Notes: generated from the letters alone by a model not told the origin. DNA of 64,000 nt from a virus (IMGVR_UViG_3300009031_000368:96001-160000); one strand, 5' to 3'; counted from the stretch's first letter, positions 21,591-31,768 are shown. Program-made: numbers and translations.

Positions 21591-22452
21591 ATCCTGGAAT
21601 CAACTTGAACAACTGCGCAATTGATTGCGCGTTCCCCTTTAAGTTATCACGAGTCACATTATTGTCAATTACAATTTTAGTTTTTGAGAATCTATACCGT
21701 TCGGCATAAGTATCCCATACTTGTTCAACCGCATTCTGTGTATTCTTGCCCCATACACCATCAATATCGCCTACCTTAAAACCCATCCTGGCGCAATGAG
21801 ATTGGACTGCCTTATTGACAGTTTTGTCATTCCCTACGATTGGTCCAAAAAGTTCAAAATAGTCATATAGTCCTAACCAGATGTCTCTGAACGCCGGTCC
21901 AGGATCAAGTTTCCTGCCTGGGCTGATATGCTCATGACCAATGATTGATTCAATCCCGATACTGTGACGAGACGCTATATCGTAGGCCAACAGGAATGCC
22001 GACGCGGCTTGGACGTATGGGAACTTCGCCCAACTATATGTTGATGTCTCTGGTCGATGATCTAACGGCTTAACTGGTTCAAGGTTTGTCGTTTCTTTCA
22101 TCAGCATGGTGGTACCGGTGCCAGACGTCAATGTGTAATTTCTATATAGACCAGATTCATCAGCCGCGCCATAGCCGAAGTTAACGATCTCTATACCGAT
22201 GGAAAAGCTATTGACATAACTGGTTCCATTCCATGTCGAGTCACCGGCATGCCAGGCTCTATCTGATTCATTTACGGTTTGTATGATGGTGCCATCTGTG
22301 TCGATGATGTAATGCGAAGATGCCTTATTGGCATTTAGTCCATTGATAGCAGATTCCAACGTATTTCCGGCCGTATAATGGAACACGATACAACTGACCG
22401 GTGCCGATCTACCTTTGGAATAGTTCTTTAACTGAACGGTTTGATATTTCAT
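21571..22452 (-). CDS. N-acetylmuramoyl-L-alanine amidase (Amidase_2) with peptidoglycan-binding domain
   Basis: IVFHYTAG, SSHYII, RAWHAG, SIGIEI, IIGHEHISPGRKLDPG; DGVWGKNTQNAV PG-binding motif. Confidence 0.92.
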   Translation of the reverse strand: MKYQTVQLKNYSKGRSAPVSCIVFHYTAGNTLESAINGLNANKASSHYIIDTDGTIIQTVNESDRAWHAGDSTWNGTSYVNSFSIGIEIVNFGYGAADESGLYRNYTLTSGTGTTMLMKETTNLEPVKPLDHRPETSTYSWAKFPYVQAASAFLLAYDIASRHSIGIESIIGHEHISPGRKLDPGPAFRDIWLGLYDYFELFGPIVGNDKTVNKAVQSHCARMGFKVGDIDGVWGKNTQNAVEQVWDTYAERYRFSKTKIVIDNNVTRDNLKGNAQSIAQLFKLIPGFDNKTR

Positions 22453-22491
22453 AAAATCCTCCTGGCTGAATTCTATGAATTACTCAACCGA

Positions 22492-22758
22492 TTACTCAGC
22501 GGTTATTAGATCTTTAATCTTTTCAAACGTTTTATCGCCGACGACTCTACGGCCCGATTGGCGCTTAACGGATTGAATATCTGATGGTGATTTGAAACGA
22601 CGTGTGGTTCGATACTCGAGTATCAGCGATGCGCCTGATTCACCAATACCGGGAAGATCTACAAACTGTTGATGACTGGCCGTATTGATGTTTACCTTTT
22701 CGCCGGCCCATACAATTGTTGTGAACAGTAACATTAAGACTAGTATGATGTGTCGCAT
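22492..22758 (-). CDS. comEA: ComEA-like helix-hairpin-helix DNA-binding protein with signal peptide
   Basis: Hydrophobic signal ending VWA, VNINTAS, LPGIG, YR...F.S..DI..VK...VGDKTFEKIK. Confidence 0.85.
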   Translation of the reverse strand: MRHIILVLMLLFTTIVWAGEKVNINTASHQQFVDLPGIGESGASLILEYRTTRRFKSPSDIQSVKRQSGRRVVGDKTFEKIKDLITAE

Positions 22759-22794
22759 ATCAGGTTACCTCCTACTGGTGTAATGTTATGCAGA

Positions 22795-24045
22795 CTAGAG
22801 GCTCCATGGATTAGATTCATCAGCCGATTGACCGCGTGGAGGAATGATGGCTGCGCGCTCACTGTAATCCATTCTGTCAAAATCCCAATTCAATGTTAGG
22901 TCTTGGGCGTGAGCAGCACGCCGAACCATTTTAGGTATTACACGAAGAACCTTATCTGCCTTCATGTCCGGTGTTTGTTCGAGTTCTACAACATTATGCG
23001 CATCCCATCCTGTCTGTTTTGATAGCGCCGCTTTTCTTTCGTCATTGAGTTGGCTCATACATACATGTGGAATCATGGTGTCTTTTGCCTGTTCCTTGGC
23101 CCATTTTGAGAATATCGGCATATTCTCCATTCTGGTAAGACCTGGAATCATTTGAATATCATAACATGAATCAAGTATAACAACCTTTGGTTTTAAATCT
23201 TTTGTCGCTGCTGAAATTCGTTTAGGATTCATGTCATCAACTTCATCCAGTATGTCGAAGCCTCTATAATTTCCAGACTTTAGTTCTATTATCTTTTGAT
23301 TCAACAGATCTTCTGCAAAATAACCTAACTCTCCAGATACGAGATTTCGATACGATATCCCGGCATCTATTGTAAGGAAACGTTCCTGTATTTCAACTCG
23401 TTTCATTTCTGGGCTAACAAACAATACTTCGTTTCCGCACAACCACGCATGTCGGGCCAGAATAATTGCCAAAAAAGTTTTACCCGTCTTCGGGGAGGCA
23501 AGAAAGTATGTCAACGTCCCAGGCAATAATCCCATGCACATCTTATTGAGAGTCGGCCATGGCAATTCAATACCTAACTCGCCGCGCTTTGTGGCTTCAT
23601 AGTTTTCAACTACTTCCTCCATACCTTCAAACATTGACTTGACCTGGTATGCCTTTTCGGTCGAAACCTCCTTCATCTTCATGTGAAGTTCATCAACCAG
23701 ATCTCTAACCTTTTCTGGATTCTTTTCCTGAAGCGCAAGCAGGATCGGCTCCATGGATGATTCTTGCATCTCGTATAGGTGTCGGCGCAACAGGTGAGTA
23801 ACGATGGCCTCAATGGAAGCACCAATTGGATTAAACTCTCGATTAAATTCATGACTGACGACATCTAATCCGGGAAGTTGCCGGTATGTGTCGACGTATT
23901 GTGTGATGTAATTCCATGCCAGCGTGCTGATGCCCTTCAACAGTTTAGAATTCACACCGGTGCGTAATGCGTATCCGTAGCTATCTGGACCACCATCCAG
24001 TATGGAACGGATCAATCCAATATCGTATGATTCAAATTCCATCAC
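22795..24045 (-). CDS. dnaB: DnaB-like replicative helicase
   Basis: LASPKTGKT Walker A, FVSPEM, VVILDS, MSQLN, location in replication cluster. Confidence 0.85.
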   Translation of the reverse strand: MMEFESYDIGLIRSILDGGPDSYGYALRTGVNSKLLKGISTLAWNYITQYVDTYRQLPGLDVVSHEFNREFNPIGASIEAIVTHLLRRHLYEMQESSMEPILLALQEKNPEKVRDLVDELHMKMKEVSTEKAYQVKSMFEGMEEVVENYEATKRGELGIELPWPTLNKMCMGLLPGTLTYFLASPKTGKTFLAIILARHAWLCGNEVLFVSPEMKRVEIQERFLTIDAGISYRNLVSGELGYFAEDLLNQKIIELKSGNYRGFDILDEVDDMNPKRISAATKDLKPKVVILDSCYDIQMIPGLTRMENMPIFSKWAKEQAKDTMIPHVCMSQLNDERKAALSKQTGWDAHNVVELEQTPDMKADKVLRVIPKMVRRAAHAQDLTLNWDFDRMDYSERAAIIPPRGQSADESNPWSL

Positions 24046-24695
24046 GGCTTCCTTTTAAAGATATTGGTGATTTGTCGGGCTGATTCTTCTCTTCTGTCTG
24101 GTCCAACAACTTCAACCCTTACAAAACATTCCTTAGCGGTTGATGTTGAGGAAGTCCCGAAACATGTTTCAAATTCATCCGGCGAAATCTGGCTTGTCAT
24201 CCAGGTGATTTTCATATCGGCAGAGCGCTGTTTGAGGATCATTTTCAGGAATTCCTCACCGGTTCCCTTAGTATCCTTCACTCCCTTGCCGACATCATCA
24301 ATCAATAGGACATCTACCGACATTGCACGTTGCCACATGGTTTCGTATTCATCGAATGACACCTTGTTGATGACGTAATCCTTTATCATCAAGTATTCGA
24401 GATACATTGCCGTGATGCCACGCTGCCTGAGTGATTTCAGAGCCACAATCGCTGCACTCGTTTTACCGTTGCCGTTCTTCCCCCAACAATACATTCCCAC
24501 TCCATTCCTGAACATCACTTCAAGATTTTTGAAGTATGTATCTATCACGTCGCGGAATGAAAGTTCTGTCTGCTCTCCATTTACCTTAACCTTAAACGTG
24601 CAATCAATTGCGCTATACTGTGCTGTTCTGAAACGTTTTGGTATCCTCATTCGTTCAAGATCATCATCGGTCAATTTACGCTTCTCCATCACCAA
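24042..24695 (-). CDS. DnaC/IstB-like helicase loader ATPase
   Basis: GKNGNGKT, LLIDDVGK, LKQRSADMKITWMTSQ; coupled to dnaB. Confidence 0.85.
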   Translation of the reverse strand: MVMEKRKLTDDDLERMRIPKRFRTAQYSAIDCTFKVKVNGEQTELSFRDVIDTYFKNLEVMFRNGVGMYCWGKNGNGKTSAAIVALKSLRQRGITAMYLEYLMIKDYVINKVSFDEYETMWQRAMSVDVLLIDDVGKGVKDTKGTGEEFLKMILKQRSADMKITWMTSQISPDEFETCFGTSSTSTAKECFVRVEVVGPDRREESARQITNIFKRKP

Positions 24696-25120
24696 CTGTC
24701 TCCAGCTTTGTCGGCATTATATTCCGCGCCGGCGTGTATCTTTTTCTTTTTTACCTGCACCTTATCGAAAATGCGCGCACGAATTGAGTATAATAGATTG
24801 ATACCAGGTAGCCCGTCGAAGCTATATGTCGGCCATTCATCACACAAACAATCTACGGCTTTCTTTACCAGCTCATCACCATATTCGAGGAGTAGCTTCT
24901 TGGCCAAGGTTGATTCCTTTATGCCCCATCCCGATTCAATATAACCGTTGGCCGTCACAAATCCTGATGCGAATAGGCGGCTACGTCCTTCCCTGAACCA
25001 ATCACGCACCGTATGCGCATTGGCGCGGTTGTCGGGAATTCCGTCAATCTTTTTGAGTTTTACCTTTTTCTTTTTAGTTGAGGAGAATAGGCTTATTTGA
25101 ATGTTACCGCCGTCTGCCAT
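24689..25120 (-). CDS. Putative replication initiator/loader partner
   Basis: Basic ORF immediately upstream of the DnaC-DnaB pair; assigned from position only. Confidence 0.35.
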   Translation of the reverse strand: MADGGNIQISLFSSTKKKKVKLKKIDGIPDNRANAHTVRDWFREGRSRLFASGFVTANGYIESGWGIKESTLAKKLLLEYGDELVKKAVDCLCDEWPTYSFDGLPGINLLYSIRARIFDKVQVKKKKIHAGAEYNADKAGDSW

Positions 25121-25383
25121 ACCGTTATGCTTTCGATATAATCGTTTGGTTCAATTGAATATGATTCACCATCGGATTCAACATCTGCCATCCAAAACGT
25201 CTTCGTCCAATCGGCGCCATACCGTGACAATTTATCACGAATGAACTGTTTTGCCGCAATTTCATCCGGCAACCCATCAAGGATATCTTCACACCTATAC
25301 GTTGTTGTAACGGTACCTGTCAACGTGTTACCATAAACATTAAAACGGATCAAATCACCACGTCGTATCTTTATCTTACTCAT
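25093..25383 (-). CDS. Hypothetical protein
   Basis: 96-aa ORF in operon. Confidence 0.5.
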   Translation of the reverse strand: MSKIKIRRGDLIRFNVYGNTLTGTVTTTYRCEDILDGLPDEIAAKQFIRDKLSRYGADWTKTFWMADVESDGESYSIEPNDYIESITVWQTAVTFK

Positions 25384-26348
25384 ACCGTTTGCTTTACATT
25401 ATTTAAAAATAGTTCAAAACACTGTTGACATCTAAACGCATTTCCACCGTCGTTTATGAGCGATGAACGTTTACACCCATCCTCAATACAAACAGATTCC
25501 ATAAACTCGTTCCGATGCAATTTAGTGGTAGATTGCTCATGAAGCAATTCATCAACCTTTCGTCTAGAACGTTTATAGATTAAACGGACTCGCTCGCGGG
25601 ACAATTCCATCAGTCGGCCGATTTCAGCATAACTGACCGGGCCATATGATGATGTTTCAAAGATAAATCGCTCACGTATCGATAATTGAGAACTTGCCGC
25701 CAGGATGTCACGTATAACAAATTTATTGAACATTGAGTCGAACGACGCATGCAGGTAGCTACTATGGAGTGTCAATATTTTGTTCTTATTGTATAGCTGA
25801 AACTGCGGATCATCTGATGATTCCGATTGCAATTGATCCACTACCGCTTCATTACTGGTATGGCTCATATCGGCACGTATTTCGTCAAGCCGGACAACAC
25901 CAATCGTGTTTTTTAAACATCTCCATCCATATCCGTCTTTGACGATCCATCCTTCCGATAATGCCTGCTTTTGAATATATTGCCGGAACCACCAATTGGC
26001 ATATGTGAGAAATGAAACATTCTTTTCTGTCTCAAACTTCGTCACCGCCGGATATAGCGCTTCAAGTCCAGAATGAACAAGATCCACCATCGTTACAGTG
26101 ATCTTCTTTTGAAGCATCATGTCGTGAATCTTTTTTGCCTCCTTGAATATGAAGTAAAAGCATGCGCCCATCATCTTAGCCATAATGGCACGCTGTTCAT
26201 CGGTAACCTGTTTATCCCGTGGCAACAGCTCCAATTGTTGATATCTCAACACCAAACGTATCTTCTCGTGTTCATCAATCGGCGTGGTATCAAGTCCGTC
26301 AACCAGTCTCTTTAACTCTTTATTATTTCCAACAACGTCCTGCTTCAT
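25380..26348 (-). CDS. Sigma-70 family RNA polymerase sigma factor
   Basis: Region 2 DLVHSGLEAL...KFE...SFLTYANWWFRQYI; region 4 SYAEIGRLMELSRERVRLI. Confidence 0.88.
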   Translation of the reverse strand: MKQDVVGNNKELKRLVDGLDTTPIDEHEKIRLVLRYQQLELLPRDKQVTDEQRAIMAKMMGACFYFIFKEAKKIHDMMLQKKITVTMVDLVHSGLEALYPAVTKFETEKNVSFLTYANWWFRQYIQKQALSEGWIVKDGYGWRCLKNTIGVVRLDEIRADMSHTSNEAVVDQLQSESSDDPQFQLYNKNKILTLHSSYLHASFDSMFNKFVIRDILAASSQLSIRERFIFETSSYGPVSYAEIGRLMELSRERVRLIYKRSRRKVDELLHEQSTTKLHRNEFMESVCIEDGCKRSSLINDGGNAFRCQQCFELFLNNVKQTV

Positions 26349-26517
26349 TACATTGAATCCATAACAACTCCTACTACTCTATGTTTAATCAATATTGTAA
26401 ATGTGCTTTCCAAACAATCATCAACACCATCGTAGCAGACATACAGTGTTGTTACAATTCAATCTAACATTACTGTACGGCGTGTCAATGGTTTTAATGA
26501 AAATGTTTGAAAATAGT

Positions 26518-28473
26518 TTAGATCGATTCCATGAACTGTCTGAACTTATCCCAATTGTTGGTATATTGAAATGGCGGGAGAGACTTCAACAGCAATTGAC
26601 CATACGGCTTATTGACGATACGGTTATCGAGTAATACGAACGTTCCCTTATCGGTGATGCTTCTAATCAGTCGCCCGGCCGCTTGTGCCAACACGATACC
26701 GGTTAACGGCATGATGAAGTTATTCCATCCGCTCATCCCCTTCTTTTCAATCAATTGCTGGATGGCGGCTAATACTGGATCATCTGGTACCGGGAATGGA
26801 AGCTTATCCATAATTACTGTCTGTAGCGCGTCACCGGCCACATCTACGCCTTCAAAAAAGCTCTTGGTGGCAAACAGTACCGAATTGGTGTCCTGCTTAA
26901 ATTCCTCCAGTACCAGCTGCCGTGACTTATTTTCCTGTAACATCAAATTTCGGCCAGATTGCCTGATACGGTCGGCCAACAACCTTGAGCAATTATTGAG
27001 AGATTTGAATGATGTGAACAAACACAGTACGCCACCTTTCGTGCAATCAATTGCGCGCATCATCAATTCGGCCGTTTCGCTATCATCAAAATCCTTTGAC
27101 CTATCGTTTCGGTCTGGGATGAACAGCAATCCGTTATTCTTCAAATCAAAAGGACTCTTAAGCTTTAGAGTCTTGATATCCTTTGGCGCACCGACCTGGG
27201 ATGCAATATAGTTAAAGTTGCCAAGTGTCGTCATGGTGGCACTTGTCAACACGGTCGCATGCTTATCGTCGAATAGCTTACTGCCTATCCAGTCCGATAC
27301 ATCTATGGGAGAAAACTTAACCGTCAGCTTCCATTGCTTAGCTGCCGTGGCGAAACCATCATTTTCACTCCATACGACAAAATCATCAGTAGATCCTGCA
27401 CCGATTCGTTCAACTGCCTTTCGGAATTCTGACAAACTTGTTGCCAACATTTCCAAATTGGCAGAGTCTCGTTCTGCCGTCGTATCGCTTTTTGCCTTGA
27501 GCCGCACTTCTCTCAAAAGTTCATCGATGCGCTTCAGTGCAACCGTAATGTTTAACTCGCCTGGCTGGATCCTTCGCTTTTCCTTAAAGTCCTTCATCTG
27601 AGCTTGAATGAGCTGTAACAGATCTCTAATCGATGTCTGGAATTTTTCAATAACATCCTGTTCTATGTATTTGTTGAGTCGACCAGCAAGCCACTTTGAT
27701 TTACTTTCCGACACTTCGCCGGATTGAAACGCTCTGGCAATTTCGGTAATCTGATGCGCTTCATCACAGATCAATACATCGAATGGAGGCAGCACTTCAC
27801 CATCTAACTTGAAGTCTGTCATCAATAGGTGATAGTTGACGACAATGACTTGTGCTCTAGCCAGACCTTGCCTGGCCCGGTTGGCATAACATTCACCGAC
27901 AAGTGGACACTTGGCCTTCAGGCATTCATTGCCTGATACCGATACGTTGCTCCATTCCTGTTTGGGATTAAACGTCAGCTCCGACTTATCGCCGGTTTCA
28001 GTACTTTCCGCCCAACCGATCAGTTTTTGTTTTATCTCACGGGATTCATCAGACGCATATAGCTGGTTTTCATTCGTGTAATCGTCATACCTGTGCCGGC
28101 AGAGGAAGTTAGATCGGCCTTTTACAAGTGCAAACTCGAAATCCCATGGCAGCATGGCCTTCAACATTGGAAGGTCTTTGTAGTATAGCTGCTCCTGTAA
28201 CGCAATGTTGGCCGTGGCTACAATTACCGTGCCACCGGTACGTGCCGCATGCTCGATACCAGGTATCAAATATGACAGGCTCTTACCTACGCCGCACGGT
28301 CCTTCAATAAGGATATGCTGAGTACCATCAACATGATTTTCAATGCCATCAATGACATCACAAACCGCTTTAGCCATGACGACTTGTGATTCCCTACGCG
28401 GAAAACCGTAATCCTCCAGGATTCCTGCTTCGCCAAATGTTCGCTTCATGCCGGTCAGCTGTGCCTGATTCAT
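26518..28473 (-). CDS. dinG: DinG/YoaA family helicase
   Basis: EGPCGVGKSLSYLIP, KGRSNFLC with Fe-S cysteines, DEAHQ, LTSAT, LFTSF, FFEGVDV, LPFPVP, QAAGRLIR. Confidence 0.93.
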   Translation of the reverse strand: MNQAQLTGMKRTFGEAGILEDYGFPRRESQVVMAKAVCDVIDGIENHVDGTQHILIEGPCGVGKSLSYLIPGIEHAARTGGTVIVATANIALQEQLYYKDLPMLKAMLPWDFEFALVKGRSNFLCRHRYDDYTNENQLYASDESREIKQKLIGWAESTETGDKSELTFNPKQEWSNVSVSGNECLKAKCPLVGECYANRARQGLARAQVIVVNYHLLMTDFKLDGEVLPPFDVLICDEAHQITEIARAFQSGEVSESKSKWLAGRLNKYIEQDVIEKFQTSIRDLLQLIQAQMKDFKEKRRIQPGELNITVALKRIDELLREVRLKAKSDTTAERDSANLEMLATSLSEFRKAVERIGAGSTDDFVVWSENDGFATAAKQWKLTVKFSPIDVSDWIGSKLFDDKHATVLTSATMTTLGNFNYIASQVGAPKDIKTLKLKSPFDLKNNGLLFIPDRNDRSKDFDDSETAELMMRAIDCTKGGVLCLFTSFKSLNNCSRLLADRIRQSGRNLMLQENKSRQLVLEEFKQDTNSVLFATKSFFEGVDVAGDALQTVIMDKLPFPVPDDPVLAAIQQLIEKKGMSGWNNFIMPLTGIVLAQAAGRLIRSITDKGTFVLLDNRIVNKPYGQLLLKSLPPFQYTNNWDKFRQFMESI

Positions 28474-28500
28474 ATTGTGTCCTTTGAACGTTTGTCAATC

Positions 28501-28529
28501 ACAATATCACAACTGGCCCGATTTGTCCA
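28501..28529 (-). promoter_or_regulatory. Sigma70-type promoter upstream of dinG
   Basis: TGGACA-N17-TATTGT with TG extension. Confidence 0.5.
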
Positions 28530-28814
28530 TTATACCGATAGGAATTCTTTAATGGTGAGCAATGCCTGATATACAGATGCTTCTCTGTCAGAGATATCTC
28601 TTAACTTAATTTTTCTATGTGTAAATCCACTGGTAGAATCTACCCATACAGCACCATCTTCTATGTATAAATACTCATCAACATGTGGATCTGGAAACTC
28701 CAGTTTGTTTCTAATTTCTGACGAAAGAAGATTATAAATCCAGATAATTGAATGTCAACACTGGTAGGAATGCCTACCGTTTTATTAATTGTTTGTGCCA
28801 TTATTCATGTTACC

Positions 28815-29189
28815 TCAATACCTCAATGTCTGAATATCAACATTTCCAGTGTCATCAGTCAACCACGTTCGGCCCCAAAGTCGATATTGCTTATTTGGCC
28901 AACCTTCGCCACGAATCGCTTTCGACACATTGATACAATCTCTGGATTGACTGTTCCCACGATCTGCCAACGGTTGTTCATACTGTGTGATGACGTCATA
29001 TAGAGAATTAAACATCTGCATACATTTTGGACAAGCATAGTTATTGAAAATCAAGTAACACATAGCCATCAATACTTTTGATTTTTCTGCCTTACTGTAT
29101 CCGGCCCAATATTCTGGCCGACACTCTGTTGGATTATTCTCGTGGATTTGTTGATGTTCAATATTCATATTATATAAATCACTTTTCAA
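28815..29189 (-). CDS. Hypothetical protein
   Basis: 124-aa ORF. Confidence 0.5.
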   Translation of the reverse strand: MKSDLYNMNIEHQQIHENNPTECRPEYWAGYSKAEKSKVLMAMCYLIFNNYACPKCMQMFNSLYDVITQYEQPLADRGNSQSRDCINVSKAIRGEGWPNKQYRLWGRTWLTDDTGNVDIQTLRY

Positions 29190-29207
29190 ATAACTTTATG
29201 ATTAACT

Positions 29208-31058
29208 TCATTCAAATTGAGAACTTATCGCCTCATACAATGCCTGTGACAGTTGTTCCCAACTATACCCATTTTCCATTCCGGACTTAATGAAATCATT
29301 TATATCTTTTACCATCACACCACCAGTATAGCGGTAAAGATATTCCCAATCAATAAATCTTGCGCAAATGTTTCTTTTTGCTAGATTTTCAAAGCAACGT
29401 TGCGCACTTGTTTGACCAACACCATTATTATCGACATGATAAGCTATCAATACATACTGTACGCCAGATTGTGCCAACAGTTCGGACATACTGTCGCCGG
29501 CCATAGCTGCTGAATCAATCGCACCAACGACATCTGTCCCGTCAAATATCGTTTCAGTTATCCATGTGTCCATTGCACCTTCGGTAAGGATGACTGAGTT
29601 CTGTGTTAATTTCGGCGTTCCATAATGGAGCGGGAGTTTATTGTGAGTCTTCTTCAGTCCCTTAACCGATTGATACTTTCCGGTCGTTTCATCGGCTTGC
29701 TCGAATCGATGCAAGATGTTACGCACTGTTCCATTTTCATCGAACACTGGGAATCCTAGACAATTTCCGAATGATAGCATCTTTCCATACCGCCACCTCC
29801 TGACTATCTGGTTGGAATAGTCCGGCGCATTACGATCCGCGTATACGATTCTACCATCACCAACATTCTGATGGATGACTTCTTCGGGAATTCCTCGCTG
29901 TTCCAGAAATTCTGCAACCTGCTCGGTTTTATAATCGGTCAGTTGTTGCACGGTTTCAGTAAGATCAGTATCTGGAATGACGGAATCACTGACCGATTCA
30001 ATCGTAGATGAAACTTTTCCAGTAACCGATTTCGTAATAGTCTGGAGTGTAGCAGTCACGTCTCGCGCAATTGATTGCAGTGACAATAGGCTTGAATCCC
30101 AGCCATCAAATGTCTGCGCGGCAAGTTCAACCGCATAATCGCTTATACGGCCACTGTAATGCTTCATGAATTCATATAGCGTCATACCGATAGCTGCAGC
30201 AAAGTCTTTGAACGCACCACGTTGACCACTTTTTATATGATACCATGCATTGTTTTTGAGCGAGATGTTTCGAGAACCGTGAACGCTTGGTTCAAATGCC
30301 GTTCCGGCCCATGGTGCAAACATTAATGCGCCACGTTCAAACCTGTAGTCAGGACTATTGTCGATTATTGATTGAACGGTTACCACAAGCATATCTTCCC
30401 GCGAATATGCCCAATCAGTTTTATTTGCAACTGCAACTACTGGCCGGTCATCAACTTCGCGGTTATCTGTACAGGCATTTGATTTATCACCATATTGTTC
30501 TGACAAATATGGAACAGTAACATTTATATCCTTTACCGCTTCAGCAATATCAAACACATGAGTGAGCCGATGGTGGATAATATTAGCCCGTTCAGCCTTA
30601 TCGTAATCTAACGCATATTCCAAATGACGTCTGTAGCGTGGTGCCTTTCCCGTGCTAACCATTATGGCATTTACACATCCAAGTTTGATTAGCTTATCCA
30701 TGGCAACCTTTATGGCATGTTTCTTAACACCAAGTTTTTCTGCCATATTGTCTTGCTTCATCTTTACTTTTGAATATTTCGTCCCTGGCCGGTAATCATC
30801 GTCCAAGCTATTCAATAATCTGAATAACGAATAGTGCAAGGTAAGTAGGCCAGATTCGTAATCGGCACGGATTGATGCCTGTACCGCGCTACGACGGTTT
30901 TCCTGCTCAATCATCCACCGTGTACTATGTGGACGCAAAATAATGGAGCTTTTCTTCCATTCGTTATTGACATTCATTGTTTTACCAGCTAAAATTGATG
31001 TTGAACTTTGATTAGGTAACATTTGTGTTTCCTTTATGGCCGTAGAAATTGCGGCCAT
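29208..31058 (-). CDS. Winged-helix plus TOPRIM (primase-like) fusion protein
   Basis: HTH QDNMAEKLGVKKHAIKVAMDKLIKLG; C-terminal LGFPVFD, ILTEGAMDTW, IAYHVDNNGVG, KDIND. Confidence 0.65.
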   Translation of the reverse strand: MAAISTAIKETQMLPNQSSTSILAGKTMNVNNEWKKSSIILRPHSTRWMIEQENRRSAVQASIRADYESGLLTLHYSLFRLLNSLDDDYRPGTKYSKVKMKQDNMAEKLGVKKHAIKVAMDKLIKLGCVNAIMVSTGKAPRYRRHLEYALDYDKAERANIIHHRLTHVFDIAEAVKDINVTVPYLSEQYGDKSNACTDNREVDDRPVVAVANKTDWAYSREDMLVVTVQSIIDNSPDYRFERGALMFAPWAGTAFEPSVHGSRNISLKNNAWYHIKSGQRGAFKDFAAAIGMTLYEFMKHYSGRISDYAVELAAQTFDGWDSSLLSLQSIARDVTATLQTITKSVTGKVSSTIESVSDSVIPDTDLTETVQQLTDYKTEQVAEFLEQRGIPEEVIHQNVGDGRIVYADRNAPDYSNQIVRRWRYGKMLSFGNCLGFPVFDENGTVRNILHRFEQADETTGKYQSVKGLKKTHNKLPLHYGTPKLTQNSVILTEGAMDTWITETIFDGTDVVGAIDSAAMAGDSMSELLAQSGVQYVLIAYHVDNNGVGQTSAQRCFENLAKRNICARFIDWEYLYRYTGGVMVKDINDFIKSGMENGYSWEQLSQALYEAISSQFE

Positions 31059-31081
31059 TTTTATTTGTTCAATTGTTATTC

Positions 31082-31330
31082 TTACTCTACCACTTCAAAC
31101 GTCTTACGATTATCAATCATATTAATTCTGATCCGACCCGAATTCTTCAGATCATTTATTCCATCATAAATATGGCATCTGGTAACTCCGATGAGCCTTG
31201 CCAAATCTGTAACTCTGAATTGATTGTTTCCTGCCCGGATGAATTCCACCAACGCTCTTCTTATCGTAATATCCCTGCCCTTATACTCTTCAACGATACG
31301 TTCAACCTCTGGTGTTACTACTATACGCAT
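31082..31330 (-). CDS. Small HTH DNA-binding protein
   Basis: FRVTDLARLIGVTRCHIYDGINDL. Confidence 0.65.
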   Translation of the reverse strand: MRIVVTPEVERIVEEYKGRDITIRRALVEFIRAGNNQFRVTDLARLIGVTRCHIYDGINDLKNSGRIRINMIDNRKTFEVVE

Positions 31331-31356
31331 AACATGCTCCTAACTTCTTACAATAG

Positions 31357-31386
31357 ATTATATCTAAACTATACATATTGTGTCAA
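31357..31386 (-). promoter_or_regulatory. Consensus sigma70 promoter
   Basis: TTGACA-N18-TATAAT upstream of the HTH gene (SD GGAG). Confidence 0.72.
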
Positions 31387-31439
31387 CTGCTACAAACGAA
31401 ATACTTTAACAGGCGATCATATACACCACCTGAAAGATC

Positions 31440-31471
31440 CTCTCTCTCCTCTCTCCGAGAGAAAGAGAGAG
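31440..31471. repeat. CT-rich/GA-rich imperfect inverted repeat in a long intergenic gap
   Basis: CTCTCTCTCCTCTCTCC followed directly by GAGAGAAAGAGAGAG. Confidence 0.7.
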
Positions 31472-31768
31472 TCTGATCGTTTATGATCACTAAGCGATAA
31501 ATCAACAATAGCACCATTGACGGTAAATGTGAATGTATTTTTGTAATGGAAGGAAAACTTCTACGATGAAGAATAAAAGGATGAGGTGAGTTGACGTGTT
31601 AATCTAACTCTGATTCAATGATTCGGCGGGAGGTTTGTCTGGCACGTTTCTTTGCACCAATCAGGCAGGGATTGCGTTGATTTCTAGGACAACTGCTATG
31701 ACTGAAGATCGGGCGCTTTTGATACTTGGAACCGTAATCGTTCCTGTTACGGTAGATATTGTCTCGTT

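Noticed and set aside
26612-27601. Long plus-strand ORFs antisense to dinG (and similar shadows over other genes)
   Set aside because: They fully overlap well-supported minus-strand genes, lack motifs and RBS, and reflect codon bias.
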